64,000 nt of DNA, taken from assembly GCA_965219955.1 (NCBI GenBank), contig OZ244799.1:1344001-1408000 (forward strand), written 5' to 3'. Positions 31,119-41,307 of this stretch are shown piece by piece. The notes under the pieces were generated by a model that did no database searches, had not been told where the DNA came from, and saw only the letters and a list, made by a program, of their open reading frames with translations. The DNA comes from a bacterium. GTDB taxonomy: Bacteria > UBA8248. How positions within the stretch are numbered: the first letter of the stretch is position 1; the number at the start of each line of letters is the position of its first letter. The position numbers and the translations under genes are program-made.

Positions 31119-31132
31119 GTGCATATGCAAAA
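31119..31132 (-). promoter_or_regulatory. palindromic motif GTGCATATGCAAAA upstream of the lapA-like gene
   Basis: Exact copy of 8993-9006, intergenic, same orientation relative to the downstream gene. Confidence 0.45.
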
Positions 31133-31172
31133 GGCCGGCTGTTCCTGCGGGCGTCACCCGCAATCTTACCAC

Positions 31173-31652
31173 TCAAGGATTCCCCGGTGTTTGTCGAGAC
31201 AGCCACTCCCCCTCAAGCAGACAGGCTATCCTTTTTTCTTCCTGACGCATGCGCGCGGATTCCGATTTCGTGTAATGATCATATCCCTTGAGATGCAAAA
31301 GGCCATGCACGAGCAGACGATCCGCCAGGACGCCGTAATCAACCGACTCCACTTGCGCCTGGCGAAGCACTTCATCCACGCAGATGACCACTTCTCCCAA
31401 AAATGTCTCCCTCTCTTTTTGCTCACCCGGGGCCGGAAAGAAATCCGCCGGCGGAAAAGCCAGCACGTCCGTTGTTTCGTCCTCTCCCCGATACCGGGAA
31501 TTCAACGCTCGCATCCTCTCGTCTCGAATGAATGCGATGCTGAACTGATCATCTTCGGACCGGAGAACTTTCCGTATGACCTCCAAGCGTTGCCTCAGCG
31601 CCTTGTGATCCAGCGTGAACAGCTTTTGCTCGTTTTTGACGAGGACTTCCAT
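31173..31652 (-). CDS. ybeY: rRNA maturation endoribonuclease
   Basis: LNSRYRG, TDVLAF, LGEVVI, HGLLHLKGYDH. Start at MEVLVKNEQ. Confidence 0.94.
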   Translation of the reverse strand: MEVLVKNEQKLFTLDHKALRQRLEVIRKVLRSEDDQFSIAFIRDERMRALNSRYRGEDETTDVLAFPPADFFPAPGEQKERETFLGEVVICVDEVLRQAQVESVDYGVLADRLLVHGLLHLKGYDHYTKSESARMRQEEKRIACLLEGEWLSRQTPGNP

Positions 31653-34035
31653 TCGCAGCCCCTTTCCTGGGAGCATCTTCTTGTCCTGGGTAGTGAATCC
31701 GGTGATGATGAATGCCAACCAGAACGCGCATGAATGCGTCCTGAATGTTGCTCAAATCCCTGAACGTGAGGCTGCAATTATCCAATTGCCCCTCCATGAA
31801 TGCACTCTGGACGATTCTGTCCACCAGGGCGCTGAGGCGCCCGAGAGAATGATCCGAAAGCGAATGCGACGATGCCTCCACCATATCCGCCAACATCAGG
31901 ATGCCCGCCTCCCTCGTCTGCGGCCTCGGCCCTGGATAGCGGAAAAATTCCTCTGTGACGTCATCTCCATTCAGCGTCTTCGCTTTTTCGTAAAAAAATC
32001 GAATCAAGGATGTGCCATGATGTTGCTGAATTAAATCGATGATCTCTTTGGGCAGTTTATGGCTTTTGGCAAGTTCGACTCCCTCTTTTACATGGCTGAT
32101 CAGGATGAGCGCGCTCATATTGGGCTTGAGTCTGTCGTGGCGGTTTTCCCGCTTCTGGTTTTCAATGAAATATTCCGGCTTCATCATCTTGCCGATATCG
32201 TGAAAATAAGCACCCACGCGAGTGAGAAGCGGATTCGCGCCGATTGCCTCGGACGCCTCCTCCGCCAGGTTGCCTACGAGAAGACTGTGGTGGTAGGTGC
32301 CCGGCGCGCTGACGACCATCTTTCTCAGCAGCGGGTGATTCTGGTCGGCCAACTCCAAAAGACGCATATCGGTCGTGAGCTTGAAAACCGACTCGAGCAG
32401 GGGCATGGCGCCCGCCACGATGATGACGTTCGAAAGGCCGCCGAGCAACGCGATGGGAATATCCGTCCACTGCGTAATCGCGGCACGGAAACCCTCCTGC
32501 ACATTGAAGCCCAGAGCGAGCGCGGCGCCCAACAAGCCCAGGATCAGCGCCACGATGAGCACGGAAGTTCTGCGCCGGTATTCTTTCCAGCGAATGGCCG
32601 CCAGCACGCCGCCGCCCAGGGCGACGAGGCTCAAGTTGATGTGGTTCGGCAAAATCAGCCCGGTCAAAACAGCGGAGAAAACCGCCATCAGCACCGCGGC
32701 CGAGCGTCCCTGCAAAACGGCTGCAAGAAGAGAAGCGGAACAAAATGGAATCACATAGTAAAACGAGTGGAGCGGGATTCCCCTGAAAGTTTCATGCAAC
32801 ACTTCCGAGAAGAGAATGCCCAGTTTCAGCAATACAGCCTGGCTCAAAAGCAGTATGACAAAAAGCGTCACGTTTTTTTGCGATGATAAAAAGCTCACGT
32901 CGTATTTTTGCACACAAATCCATGCCAGAACGAGCAAAATGAAAATCACCAACCCTGTTCCGGTGAAGTTGCCGACCACATGGCTTTGCCGGTAGATTTT
33001 CTGCAGACTCTTGAGTTTTACGATTTGTCCTTCACTCAGTCGTTCTCCCTCGCGAACGATCATCTCCCCTTGCTTGAGAACCTCGGAAACCGGCGGGACG
33101 GAGGCTGCGGCCTTTTCTCTGCTCTCGAGCGTCGCCCTGTTGTTGAACGTCAACGTCGGCTGAACCATCTTCAAGACCTGGGAGACCAGAAGATCGCTGA
33201 CGCTCCGAGGGATTCTGAGGGACATCTTCTGAATTTCTCGCTTGAGCAATTCATCGACCTGCCTGAGTTCCAGGGGATTCATCGATGGGCTGACGGAGAC
33301 TCGATTCCCCGTTCTGATGTCACGCGCCGTCATCCCCTTCGCCGCGTGGGTGGCGTACAATCGCTTATCACTCACAATCTGGCGCGAATACGCCACTTTC
33401 AAGAGTTTGGCGATATCCTCCCGGATCGGGTTTGCGAATCTCTCCTCTCTCAACCAATTCGACAATTTCTTCGGAACAGCGCCACCCACCAGCTTGTGAA
33501 ACGCACTCTCCGCCTTCATGAAGGCAGGCGTAGCGTACATTTCCCGATAAGCTTCCGACTCGGATAAAAGTGACGGGTTCTTCTGTTTGGCGCGTCTGCT
33601 CAACTGCTCGGCTTTCACCTTCTCGAGCTCTTTGTCCACCGTCCGTTGAATGGATTCAAAAGCGCCATTCAATTTGGTATGGACGACTTTTGAAACTTGC
33701 GTATCGATATCGTAACGCGGCAAGACTTTTTCTCTGGCCGCCTGGCGCTTCGCATTCGTAGCGATGGGGTCGACCACGCGCATATCCTGAGGGGCTTTGA
33801 TGTCCCTGGGGACGACATCGCCCACTTCAAAAGACACGCGGGGCGCCGAAAGGTCGGTTGTCAGCAGGAACGAGAGCACAACGGCGAGCGTTCCACCCAG
33901 AATCCACGGGTAAGCCCTTGTGTTGGCAAACGCCAAAGCATAACCCGCGAACAACCGTCCCAGCGACACGAATTGTCGCAAAAAGAAGTTTTTGGGTTTC
34001 CCGGCAGCTTTTCCGACGCCGGCTCGATGAATCAC
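31549..34035 (-). CDS. 7TM-HD (HDIG) phosphohydrolase, PgpH/YqfF family
   Basis: Large extracellular domain, about 7 TMs, APGTYHHS, FHDIGK, SHV, QHHGT, YPGPRP, ADMVEA. Sits in phoH-HD-ybeY synteny. Confidence 0.92.
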   Translation of the reverse strand: MIHRAGVGKAAGKPKNFFLRQFVSLGRLFAGYALAFANTRAYPWILGGTLAVVLSFLLTTDLSAPRVSFEVGDVVPRDIKAPQDMRVVDPIATNAKRQAAREKVLPRYDIDTQVSKVVHTKLNGAFESIQRTVDKELEKVKAEQLSRRAKQKNPSLLSESEAYREMYATPAFMKAESAFHKLVGGAVPKKLSNWLREERFANPIREDIAKLLKVAYSRQIVSDKRLYATHAAKGMTARDIRTGNRVSVSPSMNPLELRQVDELLKREIQKMSLRIPRSVSDLLVSQVLKMVQPTLTFNNRATLESREKAAASVPPVSEVLKQGEMIVREGERLSEGQIVKLKSLQKIYRQSHVVGNFTGTGLVIFILLVLAWICVQKYDVSFLSSQKNVTLFVILLLSQAVLLKLGILFSEVLHETFRGIPLHSFYYVIPFCSASLLAAVLQGRSAAVLMAVFSAVLTGLILPNHINLSLVALGGGVLAAIRWKEYRRRTSVLIVALILGLLGAALALGFNVQEGFRAAITQWTDIPIALLGGLSNVIIVAGAMPLLESVFKLTTDMRLLELADQNHPLLRKMVVSAPGTYHHSLLVGNLAEEASEAIGANPLLTRVGAYFHDIGKMMKPEYFIENQKRENRHDRLKPNMSALILISHVKEGVELAKSHKLPKEIIDLIQQHHGTSLIRFFYEKAKTLNGDDVTEEFFRYPGPRPQTREAGILMLADMVEASSHSLSDHSLGRLSALVDRIVQSAFMEGQLDNCSLTFRDLSNIQDAFMRVLVGIHHHRIHYPGQEDAPRKGAANGSPRQKRAKAVHAGSQGAEATLGGHTESSPVRR

Positions 34036-34132
34036 GCGACCAACCTCCAGAATCCTTCACGATGAAGGGATCGTGGACGTATCGGCTATATGTGAACGCC
34101 CGGGCAATGCAAGTGCTCTTGAGAGAACTCGC

Positions 34133-35089
34133 TTATAAACTGTGGGCCTCGTATGCAGAAACGATTCTTCTCACCAATTGTGTGCGAACTACGTCCCGCT
34201 CACTGAAATAGACGAAACAGACTTCTTCCAACTTCCCCAAGACGTCTCGGGCGTGAATCAACCCGCACCCGGATGTTTCGGGCAAGTCAATCTGCGTAAT
34301 GTCCCCCGTTACGACCGCCTTGCTCCTGGTGCCAAGGCGGGTGAGGAACATTTTCATCTGTTCAGGCGTCGTGTTCTGCGCTTCATCCAGAATGATGAAA
34401 GAATCATTCAGCGAACGACCCCTCATATATGCGAGCGGCGCTATCTCTATCTCACCTCTTTGAATAAACCGCTCCACCCGCTCGAATTCCACCATATCGT
34501 TCAGAGCGTCAAACAACGGCCTGAGATATGGATTCACCTTCTCCTGCAAATCACCAGGCAAAAACCCGAGCTTCTCGCCCGCTTCCACCACCGGCCTCGT
34601 CAACACGATGCGGGCATACGCCCTCTCCAACAGCCCGGAAACCGCCATCGCCATGGCCAGATAGGTTTTCCCCGTTCCGGCCGGTCCGATTCCGAATGTG
34701 ACCCCTTTTTCGCGAATCGACCTGATGTAATCGCTCTGGACCGGGCCCTTGGGAACAACGTATCGCTTCTTCGATGAAACCGAGATCCGATTCGCCACCA
34801 GGGAGCGGAGCGTAACGTCTTGTTCCGCCGCAACGGTCTGAGCCAGCGTCTTGACGTTCAGCGGATCGAACCGAAACCCTTCGTCCACGCACTCCGTCAA
34901 CTCGTCCAGGAACAGCCGGGCCTTTTCGGCGGCATCGGGCGGGCCTTCAACCACGAACCCCTCGGATACGATTCTGATTTTTACGTCAAACGCCCTCTCC
35001 AATGCCCTGAGAGATTCATCCCGGTTACCAATGATGTGAACCAACCTGTCCGGCCCGGCCAGCGGGCTTGCTGACATCCTCGTCGCCAA
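34133..35089 (-). CDS. phoH: PhoH-family ATPase
   Basis: GPAGTGKT, RPVVEAGEKLGFLPG, YMRGR, LDEAQN, GDITQIDLP. Confidence 0.95.
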   Translation of the reverse strand: MATRMSASPLAGPDRLVHIIGNRDESLRALERAFDVKIRIVSEGFVVEGPPDAAEKARLFLDELTECVDEGFRFDPLNVKTLAQTVAAEQDVTLRSLVANRISVSSKKRYVVPKGPVQSDYIRSIREKGVTFGIGPAGTGKTYLAMAMAVSGLLERAYARIVLTRPVVEAGEKLGFLPGDLQEKVNPYLRPLFDALNDMVEFERVERFIQRGEIEIAPLAYMRGRSLNDSFIILDEAQNTTPEQMKMFLTRLGTRSKAVVTGDITQIDLPETSGCGLIHARDVLGKLEEVCFVYFSERDVVRTQLVRRIVSAYEAHSL

Positions 35090-35153
35090 AAGATCAGGCT
35101 CCCCGTATCTGTATGTCTCGGCTGTCTAGAATCGAATTCCCATGCGCCACCGG

Positions 35154-35182
35154 ATCGTATGCTCTATCATTTGGGGCGTCAA
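35154..35182 (-). promoter_or_regulatory. sigma-70-like promoter for phoH operon
   Basis: TTGACG-N17-TACGAT. Confidence 0.55.
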
Positions 35183-35217
35183 CACGATAACGCCATTATC
35201 GTTTCGTTTTTTATTCT

Positions 35218-36171
35218 CTAGCCCCTCGGGTGGCTCTTGTCCAAAAGCCCCCGCAGTTTTTGCCTGTCCACATGCGTGTAAACCTCGGTGGTGGATATAT
35301 CCGAATGCCCGAGCATCGCCTGGACGGCCCGCAGGTCGGCCCCGTGGCTGAGCAGATGAGTCGCAAAGCTGTGCCGGAATACATGGGGACTCACGCCCTT
35401 GCCCACGCCCGCTTCTTTTGCCCACCTCTTGACCCTCGCCCAGAAAGCCTGGCGGGTCATGGGCCCTCCCCGGCTCGTGAGAAATACATAGTCCGATCTC
35501 CGGGCGCGGAGGAGACTCAGCCGGGCGGTATCCAGATAACCCGCAAGCATTTCTTTCGCCGCATCCCCTATGGGAACAAGCCGTGATTTATCGCCTTTGC
35601 CGTGGACGATGCAAAATCCCGATTCAAGTTCAATCTGGTTAAGCTTGAGTCGAATGATCTCGCTGACGCGCATGCCGGTGGCGTACAAAAGCTCGAACAT
35701 GGCCCTGTCCCGAACCGCCTGCGGCGTTTTGTCGTCGGGCGCCAGCAAAATCCTGGACATATCTTCCTGAGAGAGCGTCTTCGGTAAACGCTTCCACTTC
35801 GCAGGCTGCACGATGTCCGCCGTAAAATCCTCCTTTATCTCTCCATCGCGGACCAGCAACCTGGCCAGCGCGCGAATGGACGCCAGGTGGCGCCGGAGCG
35901 TGGTATCTGATTTCCCCTTCTCCCGCATGTCCTTGAGATAATCGATAACGGTGTTTTTCGACCAATTCGCCGGTGAAACATCCTCGTTTTCCTGCAGCCA
36001 GCAGAAAAACGATTCGATGTCACGCCCATAACTCTCCACGGTATTTATCGCACGGCGACGCTCGATCAGGAGAAAATCCCTGAAAGTCATTAAAGTATCG
36101 GCCAAGCGGGCATCCAGCGATACGCCATGTTTTTTTTCATGATCTTCGGTCGAAACTTTCTCTTTCGTCAT
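35218..36171 (-). CDS. xerD: site-specific tyrosine recombinase
   Basis: LPKTL, LYATGMRVSE, GKGDKSR, SPHVFRHSFATH, LGHSDISTTEVYTH. Confidence 0.92.
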   Translation of the reverse strand: MTKEKVSTEDHEKKHGVSLDARLADTLMTFRDFLLIERRRAINTVESYGRDIESFFCWLQENEDVSPANWSKNTVIDYLKDMREKGKSDTTLRRHLASIRALARLLVRDGEIKEDFTADIVQPAKWKRLPKTLSQEDMSRILLAPDDKTPQAVRDRAMFELLYATGMRVSEIIRLKLNQIELESGFCIVHGKGDKSRLVPIGDAAKEMLAGYLDTARLSLLRARRSDYVFLTSRGGPMTRQAFWARVKRWAKEAGVGKGVSPHVFRHSFATHLLSHGADLRAVQAMLGHSDISTTEVYTHVDRQKLRGLLDKSHPRG

Positions 36172-36188
36172 CGTCCGAACCTCATTGC

Positions 36189-37868
36189 TCAGGATTTGCT
36201 CCATGCGAGGCGGGTGAACCGGCACCAGCAATCATACGAGGAAGAATCTATTTTTTTCGCCGCGAAAATATAGAAACAGGCGGCCAGTGATACTTCGAGC
36301 AGCATCATCACCAATTTCAGAACCGACGAGCCCTGCGAATCCCACAATTGCAGATGAACGAGTTGAAGATGAACGAAATACGCGAGCAATCCCGTCAGGA
36401 TTCCAAGCCCCAGAAGCCTGCCCAGGGAATGAGCCAACTCCTTTTTCGGGAAATCGCTCCATTCCCGCATGACGCCTCTCAGCAGCAACACCGCGTTCAA
36501 AGCGCTCGAGCACGACGTGGCGAGCGCAAGACCGATAAACCCGAACGGAAGCATCAGGGCGACGCTGAGCGCTACGTTCGCGAGCACGGCGATATTGGCG
36601 CACTTCACCGGGAAACTCGTGTTCAATCGAGCGTGGAACACCCCGGCCAAAAGCCGCGTGACGCCGAAAAACATCAGCCCGACTGCATACGCCTGCAAGG
36701 CGGCTGCGCTTGCGGCCGTATGGTTTTGCGTAAAGGCGCCTCGTTCGAAAATGACCTCCATGATCGGATGCGCCAAAGCCATCAGGCCGAACGTAGAGGG
36801 AATCGTGATGAACAGCGTCAGTCTCCCCGCTTCGAGCATGGTGCTGCGCTCGGGGTTTCCGGATGCGGCATTTTCCCTGTTTTTCGCCGCATAATCCGAC
36901 AAGACCGGCAATACGGCGGACACCACCGCGAGACTCAATATGCCGTGAGGAAGCTGAACCAACCGATTCGCATAGTAAAGATAAGAGATGGAACCTTCGG
37001 CCAGGAACGAAGCCAGCCAGCGATCAACGAGAACATTGACCTGAAAAATAGCGCCTCCAAGAGCTGCCGGCCCCATCAGAGCCAGGCATCTGCCGACGCC
37101 CTCCACCCGCCACGGGATGGAGGGAAGCGGCAAAATCCGCAGTTTCCCCATGAAAGGGAGCTGGAAAAAAAACTGCGCAGCCCCGCCGATTACGACGGCA
37201 CAGGCGAGCCACCGGATCGCCTCCGCCCTGGTCACCAAATAACCCGCCAACAAGAGGGCGATGATGATGACCACGTTCTGGAGCGCGGGCGCGAAAGCGG
37301 GCACGAAGAAGCGGCGCGCCGCGTTCAACATGCCGGCCGCGACCGCCCACAGGCCGATAAAAATAATGAATGGGAACATGATTCTGGTCAGTTGCGCGGC
37401 AAGGCGCAGTTTTTCCGGGTTGCTCGAAAAACCGGGCGCCAGCGCTCTCATCAAAGGTTCTGCGAACCAGATCCCGACCGCACAGCCCACGCCTCCCGCG
37501 AGGATGAGAAACACCAACATGCCGCCGGCGAATTTTCTGGCCTCTCTGGCTCCGGATTGTTCACGCACATCGGAGTAGACGGGAAGAAACGAGGAACTCA
37601 GCGCACCTTCCATGAACATGCGCCTGAAGAGGTTGGGAATCGCGAAGGCGACGAAAAAAGCATCGGCCATCATCGCGGCGCCGAAGAATTTAGCGATCAG
37701 CAAATCACGGAAAAAACCCGCAACCCGACTCAGGAGAGTCGCCAGGCTGACGGGACCCGCAAACCTGGAAATGCTCTCCTCCGCAGTAGAGTCACCATTT
37801 CCTGCCGACGCAGCAGCAGGAACATTTTTTTCCCGTTCCGGATTAGGGGATTCAGGTGGTGTGGTCAC
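36189..37868 (-). CDS. murJ: lipid II flippase
   Basis: SRVAGFFRD, AF-IPNLFRR, EGA, YYANRLVQLP, FERGAF. Confidence 0.96.
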   Translation of the reverse strand: MTTPPESPNPEREKNVPAAASAGNGDSTAEESISRFAGPVSLATLLSRVAGFFRDLLIAKFFGAAMMADAFFVAFAIPNLFRRMFMEGALSSSFLPVYSDVREQSGAREARKFAGGMLVFLILAGGVGCAVGIWFAEPLMRALAPGFSSNPEKLRLAAQLTRIMFPFIIFIGLWAVAAGMLNAARRFFVPAFAPALQNVVIIIALLLAGYLVTRAEAIRWLACAVVIGGAAQFFFQLPFMGKLRILPLPSIPWRVEGVGRCLALMGPAALGGAIFQVNVLVDRWLASFLAEGSISYLYYANRLVQLPHGILSLAVVSAVLPVLSDYAAKNRENAASGNPERSTMLEAGRLTLFITIPSTFGLMALAHPIMEVIFERGAFTQNHTAASAAALQAYAVGLMFFGVTRLLAGVFHARLNTSFPVKCANIAVLANVALSVALMLPFGFIGLALATSCSSALNAVLLLRGVMREWSDFPKKELAHSLGRLLGLGILTGLLAYFVHLQLVHLQLWDSQGSSVLKLVMMLLEVSLAACFYIFAAKKIDSSSYDCWCRFTRLAWSKS

Positions 37869-37895
37869 AAAATTCCTGGCGCCGGGGCGGAGAAC

Positions 37896-37923
37896 TTGAC
37901 AACCCTTTGTTCCGTGGTATTTT
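37896..37923 (+). promoter_or_regulatory. sigma-70-like promoter for rpsT
   Basis: TTGACA-N16-TATTTT with extended TG. Confidence 0.55.
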
Positions 37924-37986
37924 ACCGGGGCTGTGAAACAGCCTCAAGGGAAACATTTCAACTATATTCACGGAGAATGAAACAAA

Positions 37987-38241
37987 TTGCCACATATTCG
38001 TTCGGCCAAAAAGCGCAATCGTCAAAATATTGTTCGCCGCGCCAGAAACCGCGCTATTCGCACGCAGTTTCGCAACACCATCAAACAACTTTTGGATAGC
38101 AAAGAAAACCCCGAGGAACTGCTGAGACAAGCCCAGTCGCAACTGGACCGCGCAGCCACCAAAGGAATTATCCACCAGAAAACAGCGTCGAGACGCGCGG
38201 GAAGATTGGCCAAGCGAATTCACGCGGCCTCTGCGAAATAG
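37987..38241 (+). CDS. rpsT: 30S ribosomal protein S20
   Basis: PHIRSAKKR...RN, LDRAATKGIIH. TTG start; divergent from murJ. Confidence 0.96.
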   Translation: MPHIRSAKKRNRQNIVRRARNRAIRTQFRNTIKQLLDSKENPEELLRQAQSQLDRAATKGIIHQKTASRRAGRLAKRIHAASAK

Positions 38242-39285
38242 CTAAGCAACCTTGTGCGTTCCGCTTCCGGCGGAGCGCACGTCCACCAAGAACAACTCGA
38301 GCGCCTGCCGAGCCGCCCTCACGTCGCTCGTACGCTTGAGCTTGCGATCCACCTGAAGCAACTTCCCGTACAACTCGCGCAGATGGGTCGAACCCAGCCC
38401 CCTGACCTGATTCTCAAGCCTTTTCCCCACGAAAGGCGGCAGACCCAGCACCTGGGAAATCCCCTGGGCGCCCCGGCCGTTTCGAATCAGGGCCTTTGAA
38501 ATCGTCCAGCGCCTGATCAGATTGCGCAACACACCGACGAAAACAACGGGGTGTTCGGTTTCCATCATCCGGCGCAAGAGAACAAGGGTTCCACTCAAGC
38601 TCCCCTGGCTGAGCGAATCACCCAGCTTATAGAGCAACTCTTCTCTGGAGTGTCCGATGATTTCACGAATCTCATCTTCGCCGGCCAGTGTTCCCGGCAT
38701 CACGAATGAGGCGATCTTCTCGAGCTCGGTACTGAGCCTCATCATGGAGGGCTTGACCATTTCGACCAGCAAACCGGCGGCTTCCGGACGCAACTCAAAT
38801 CCCAACTCCACGGCGCGCCCATGAAGCCATTTCTTCAATTCCTCCCCCTCCAGGCTATCCACCCGACAAACCACGCTCCCCTTTACCAGGCGTTGGAAGA
38901 AAGTGGTCCGCATGTCGATGTTTTCCGCGCAAAAAACAAGAACCGTCGACTCGGACGGGTGCTCGAGGTAAGAGAGAAGGATGGATTCATCCCTCTCGCC
39001 CGGCCTGGCGAAATTGAGAACTTCGATGAGGCGTCTCTCCGCGATGAACGGCAGCGTCTGGGCAATGGCAATGATTTCGGACGCATCCGCCTCAGTCCAG
39101 TCGAAACGGTCATGGTTGAAATCACCCGGCTCATCACCAAAAACCTTACGGCGAACGACGCGCAGGTATTCATCCCGCAAAAAGGAATCCTCACCCTCCA
39201 AAAGGTATACGGGTTGAATCGGCGAGTTTTTCACATCGGATAGCGCCGCCAGGGAACTCTTTGGCTTTTTGCGGCTCGGGGACAA
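38242..39285 (-). CDS. holA: DNA polymerase III delta subunit
   Basis: PVYLLEGED, TLPF-AERRL, ELEKI, LLQVDRKLK. lptE-holA/rpsT synteny. Confidence 0.9.
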   Translation of the reverse strand: MSPSRKKPKSSLAALSDVKNSPIQPVYLLEGEDSFLRDEYLRVVRRKVFGDEPGDFNHDRFDWTEADASEIIAIAQTLPFIAERRLIEVLNFARPGERDESILLSYLEHPSESTVLVFCAENIDMRTTFFQRLVKGSVVCRVDSLEGEELKKWLHGRAVELGFELRPEAAGLLVEMVKPSMMRLSTELEKIASFVMPGTLAGEDEIREIIGHSREELLYKLGDSLSQGSLSGTLVLLRRMMETEHPVVFVGVLRNLIRRWTISKALIRNGRGAQGISQVLGLPPFVGKRLENQVRGLGSTHLRELYGKLLQVDRKLKRTSDVRAARQALELFLVDVRSAGSGTHKVA

Positions 39286-39286
39286 C

Positions 39287-39823
39287 CTAAAAGCCCTCTA
39301 ACACGAGGCTCACGAGGTCTTCCGACAATGAGTCGGCTGCTTGTTGATTGGCGTTCGAGCGGTTTGCGTCGCTTCGCGCGATGGATGAGGAAACCGCGAA
39401 TTCGGCATAAGACTCCATATCCTGATTGATGAGCAATTTCCCCCGCTCTTTGTCACGCAGCCGTATGCGGGTGCGCACAACGACACGATACTGCAAAGCC
39501 CTGTCAGTCCGGGTGAACCCAATCGGCGAGAGACGGTACTCGCGTAAAACGCCTTCGAGAGCGATATCCGCATCGGGGGAGCCGGAAACCCGAAGGCGGC
39601 CGTCCCGCAGGAACCTTCCTCTCACCGCTTTCGTAACGGCGCGCCCCAGGCCCGGCTCGTTCGTCTGGTTCAGGAATGGTGGTATCGAAATCGTTCGAAC
39701 GTCTTTCAGGTTCCCGGGGCGAAGCGTTCCCTCAAGATCGTAGCCGCAGCCCGCCGCCAGGAAAACGGTTAGCAGGAGTGAGAAACGGAGCGTGCGAATC
39801 ATCCTCAAAAGCACTCCACTCAA
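39287..39823 (-). CDS. lptE: LPS assembly lipoprotein
   Basis: Lipobox LAAGC-GY, IPPFLNQT-EPG, ADIALEG. Upstream of holA. Confidence 0.85.
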   Translation of the reverse strand: MSGVLLRMIRTLRFSLLLTVFLAAGCGYDLEGTLRPGNLKDVRTISIPPFLNQTNEPGLGRAVTKAVRGRFLRDGRLRVSGSPDADIALEGVLREYRLSPIGFTRTDRALQYRVVVRTRIRLRDKERGKLLINQDMESYAEFAVSSSIARSDANRSNANQQAADSLSEDLVSLVLEGF

Positions 39824-40374
39824 ATGAAGACCTCCAGGGAGAGTTCCCGGTTTTTCACGCTGCTAAAAGCAATTTGCTCGCTCAGCGCGACCAGCTCGTC
39901 ATAATTCTCGTCATCCGGTTCGCAGACGAGAATATCGACATCCCAGGGGGTTCCGATGACACCCCGTATCGCGCCGTTCATGATCTCCGTGGCCACAGGA
40001 ACGAAGCCGTCGGGGAGTTGCGCAAAGCCTGAAACCTCCAACGACAAATTCTTCGCCGACGTCTTCATCATTCTTCCGAAAATCTCCTTCGCGCACCGGT
40101 AGAGCTTCGTCAGGGTCAAGTCCTCCAAAGAGCCGACTCCTGCGAACAAAACATATTCGGGCGCGAGTCGCCCTTTTGAAGCCAGCATGGCCTGGGATTC
40201 CCATACACCGCTCAATTTGCCTTGTTGCACCAAGCGGCTCGCCTCGTTTTCCAGCAAGCGATCGATCGCTTCCAACCGCCCCTGAAACGGAAAATCTTCC
40301 ACCGCGAACATGGAAACAGCGGCGAAGCTTTTCACCTCGTGCAATCCCCGAGGAAGCAAGCGAAGGCGAATCAC
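39820..40374 (-). CDS. stand-alone M17 peptidase N-terminal-like domain protein
   Basis: EDFPFQG-L-AID...S-L...G-L-G...ML-S-GRL...VLF-G-G pattern. No catalytic C-terminal domain. Confidence 0.6.
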   Translation of the reverse strand: MIRLRLLPRGLHEVKSFAAVSMFAVEDFPFQGRLEAIDRLLENEASRLVQQGKLSGVWESQAMLASKGRLAPEYVLFAGVGSLEDLTLTKLYRCAKEIFGRMMKTSAKNLSLEVSGFAQLPDGFVPVATEIMNGAIRGVIGTPWDVDILVCEPDDENYDELVALSEQIAFSSVKNRELSLEVFI

Positions 40375-40375
40375 C

Positions 40376-40792
40376 CTAGACCGCCATTTTCTCTTGATGG
40401 AGACGATCCAGAATGCCGTTCACGAATCCGGGCGCATTCTCTGGTCCATACCGCTTGGCCAGGCGAATGGCTTCATCCATCGTAACCGCAGGCGGGATAT
40501 CCGGCAGAAAATACATTTCGCAAACGCCCAGGCGCAGGATGCTCCTCGATACAGAATCCATGCGTTCGAGCGACCAACTCGCGCTCGCCTCGGTGAGTAT
40601 ATCGTTAATCTGCCGGTTTTTCTCCAGCATGATCGCCATCAACCTGTCGGCGAACTTTTTTGAACTCTCGCTCGCCGGATGCAACCGCCAGTAACGCTCG
40701 ACTTCCTCCGGTGTCAGACTTCCGATGCGATCCGTATGGTAAAGGATCTGAAACGCAAGCTCTCGCCCCCCCCTTCTGTTCTCGACCATCAC
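40376..40792 (-). CDS. nusB: transcription antitermination factor
   Basis: [39 protein letters not shown]. Confidence 0.95.
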   Translation of the reverse strand: MMVENRRGGRELAFQILYHTDRIGSLTPEEVERYWRLHPASESSKKFADRLMAIMLEKNRQINDILTEASASWSLERMDSVSRSILRLGVCEMYFLPDIPPAVTMDEAIRLAKRYGPENAPGFVNGILDRLHQEKMAV

Positions 40793-41289
40793 TTCCCCTC
40801 TTCGAGAGCGTCGTTTCCATCCCTGTCCATTTTCGAGAATAAATTCGCCATCTCCACAGCCGCCAGGGCGCCTTCGTATCCCTTGTTTCCCATCTTTGTT
40901 CCCGAACGCTCGATGGCCTGTTCAATCGTATCCGTCGTGACAACGCTGAATATGGTCGGCACCCCCGTCTGGGCGCCCACCTGGGCGATGCCCTTCGTCG
41001 CTTCGGCGCACACCAAATCGTAGTGGGAGGTAGCGCCCCGTATCACGCATCCCAGGCAGATGATGGCGTCGTAATTTTGTGATCCCGCCATCTTCATCGC
41101 AGCCGCCGGAATCTCGAACGAACCCGGCACCTGCACGTGCGCTATGTCGGCCGCGGAAACGCCGCATTGGCGCAAAGCCGTCTCGGCCCCTCGGACGAGG
41201 TGCGTCACTACAAAATCGTTAAACCGCGACGAGACGAGGCCAATCCGCAGGCCCCGCCCGTTGAGATCGCCTTCCACCGGATTACCCAT
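40789..41289 (-). CDS. ribH: 6,7-dimethyl-8-ribityllumazine synthase
   Basis: [28 protein letters not shown]. Confidence 0.97.
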   Translation of the reverse strand: MGNPVEGDLNGRGLRIGLVSSRFNDFVVTHLVRGAETALRQCGVSAADIAHVQVPGSFEIPAAAMKMAGSQNYDAIICLGCVIRGATSHYDLVCAEATKGIAQVGAQTGVPTIFSVVTTDTIEQAIERSGTKMGNKGYEGALAAVEMANLFSKMDRDGNDALEEGK

Positions 41290-41307
41290 GGACTCTCCAA
41301 GCACGTT

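Noticed and set aside
31003-31206. 67-aa ORF between ybeY and lapA
   Set aside because: No motif or RBS support, and it overlaps ybeY and the putative regulatory motif.
35218-36171. Tyrosine recombinase as a sign of a mobile element
   Set aside because: XerD-like sequence in a housekeeping context; no att repeats or cargo, and the tRNA is 20 kb away with no duplicated 3' end seen.
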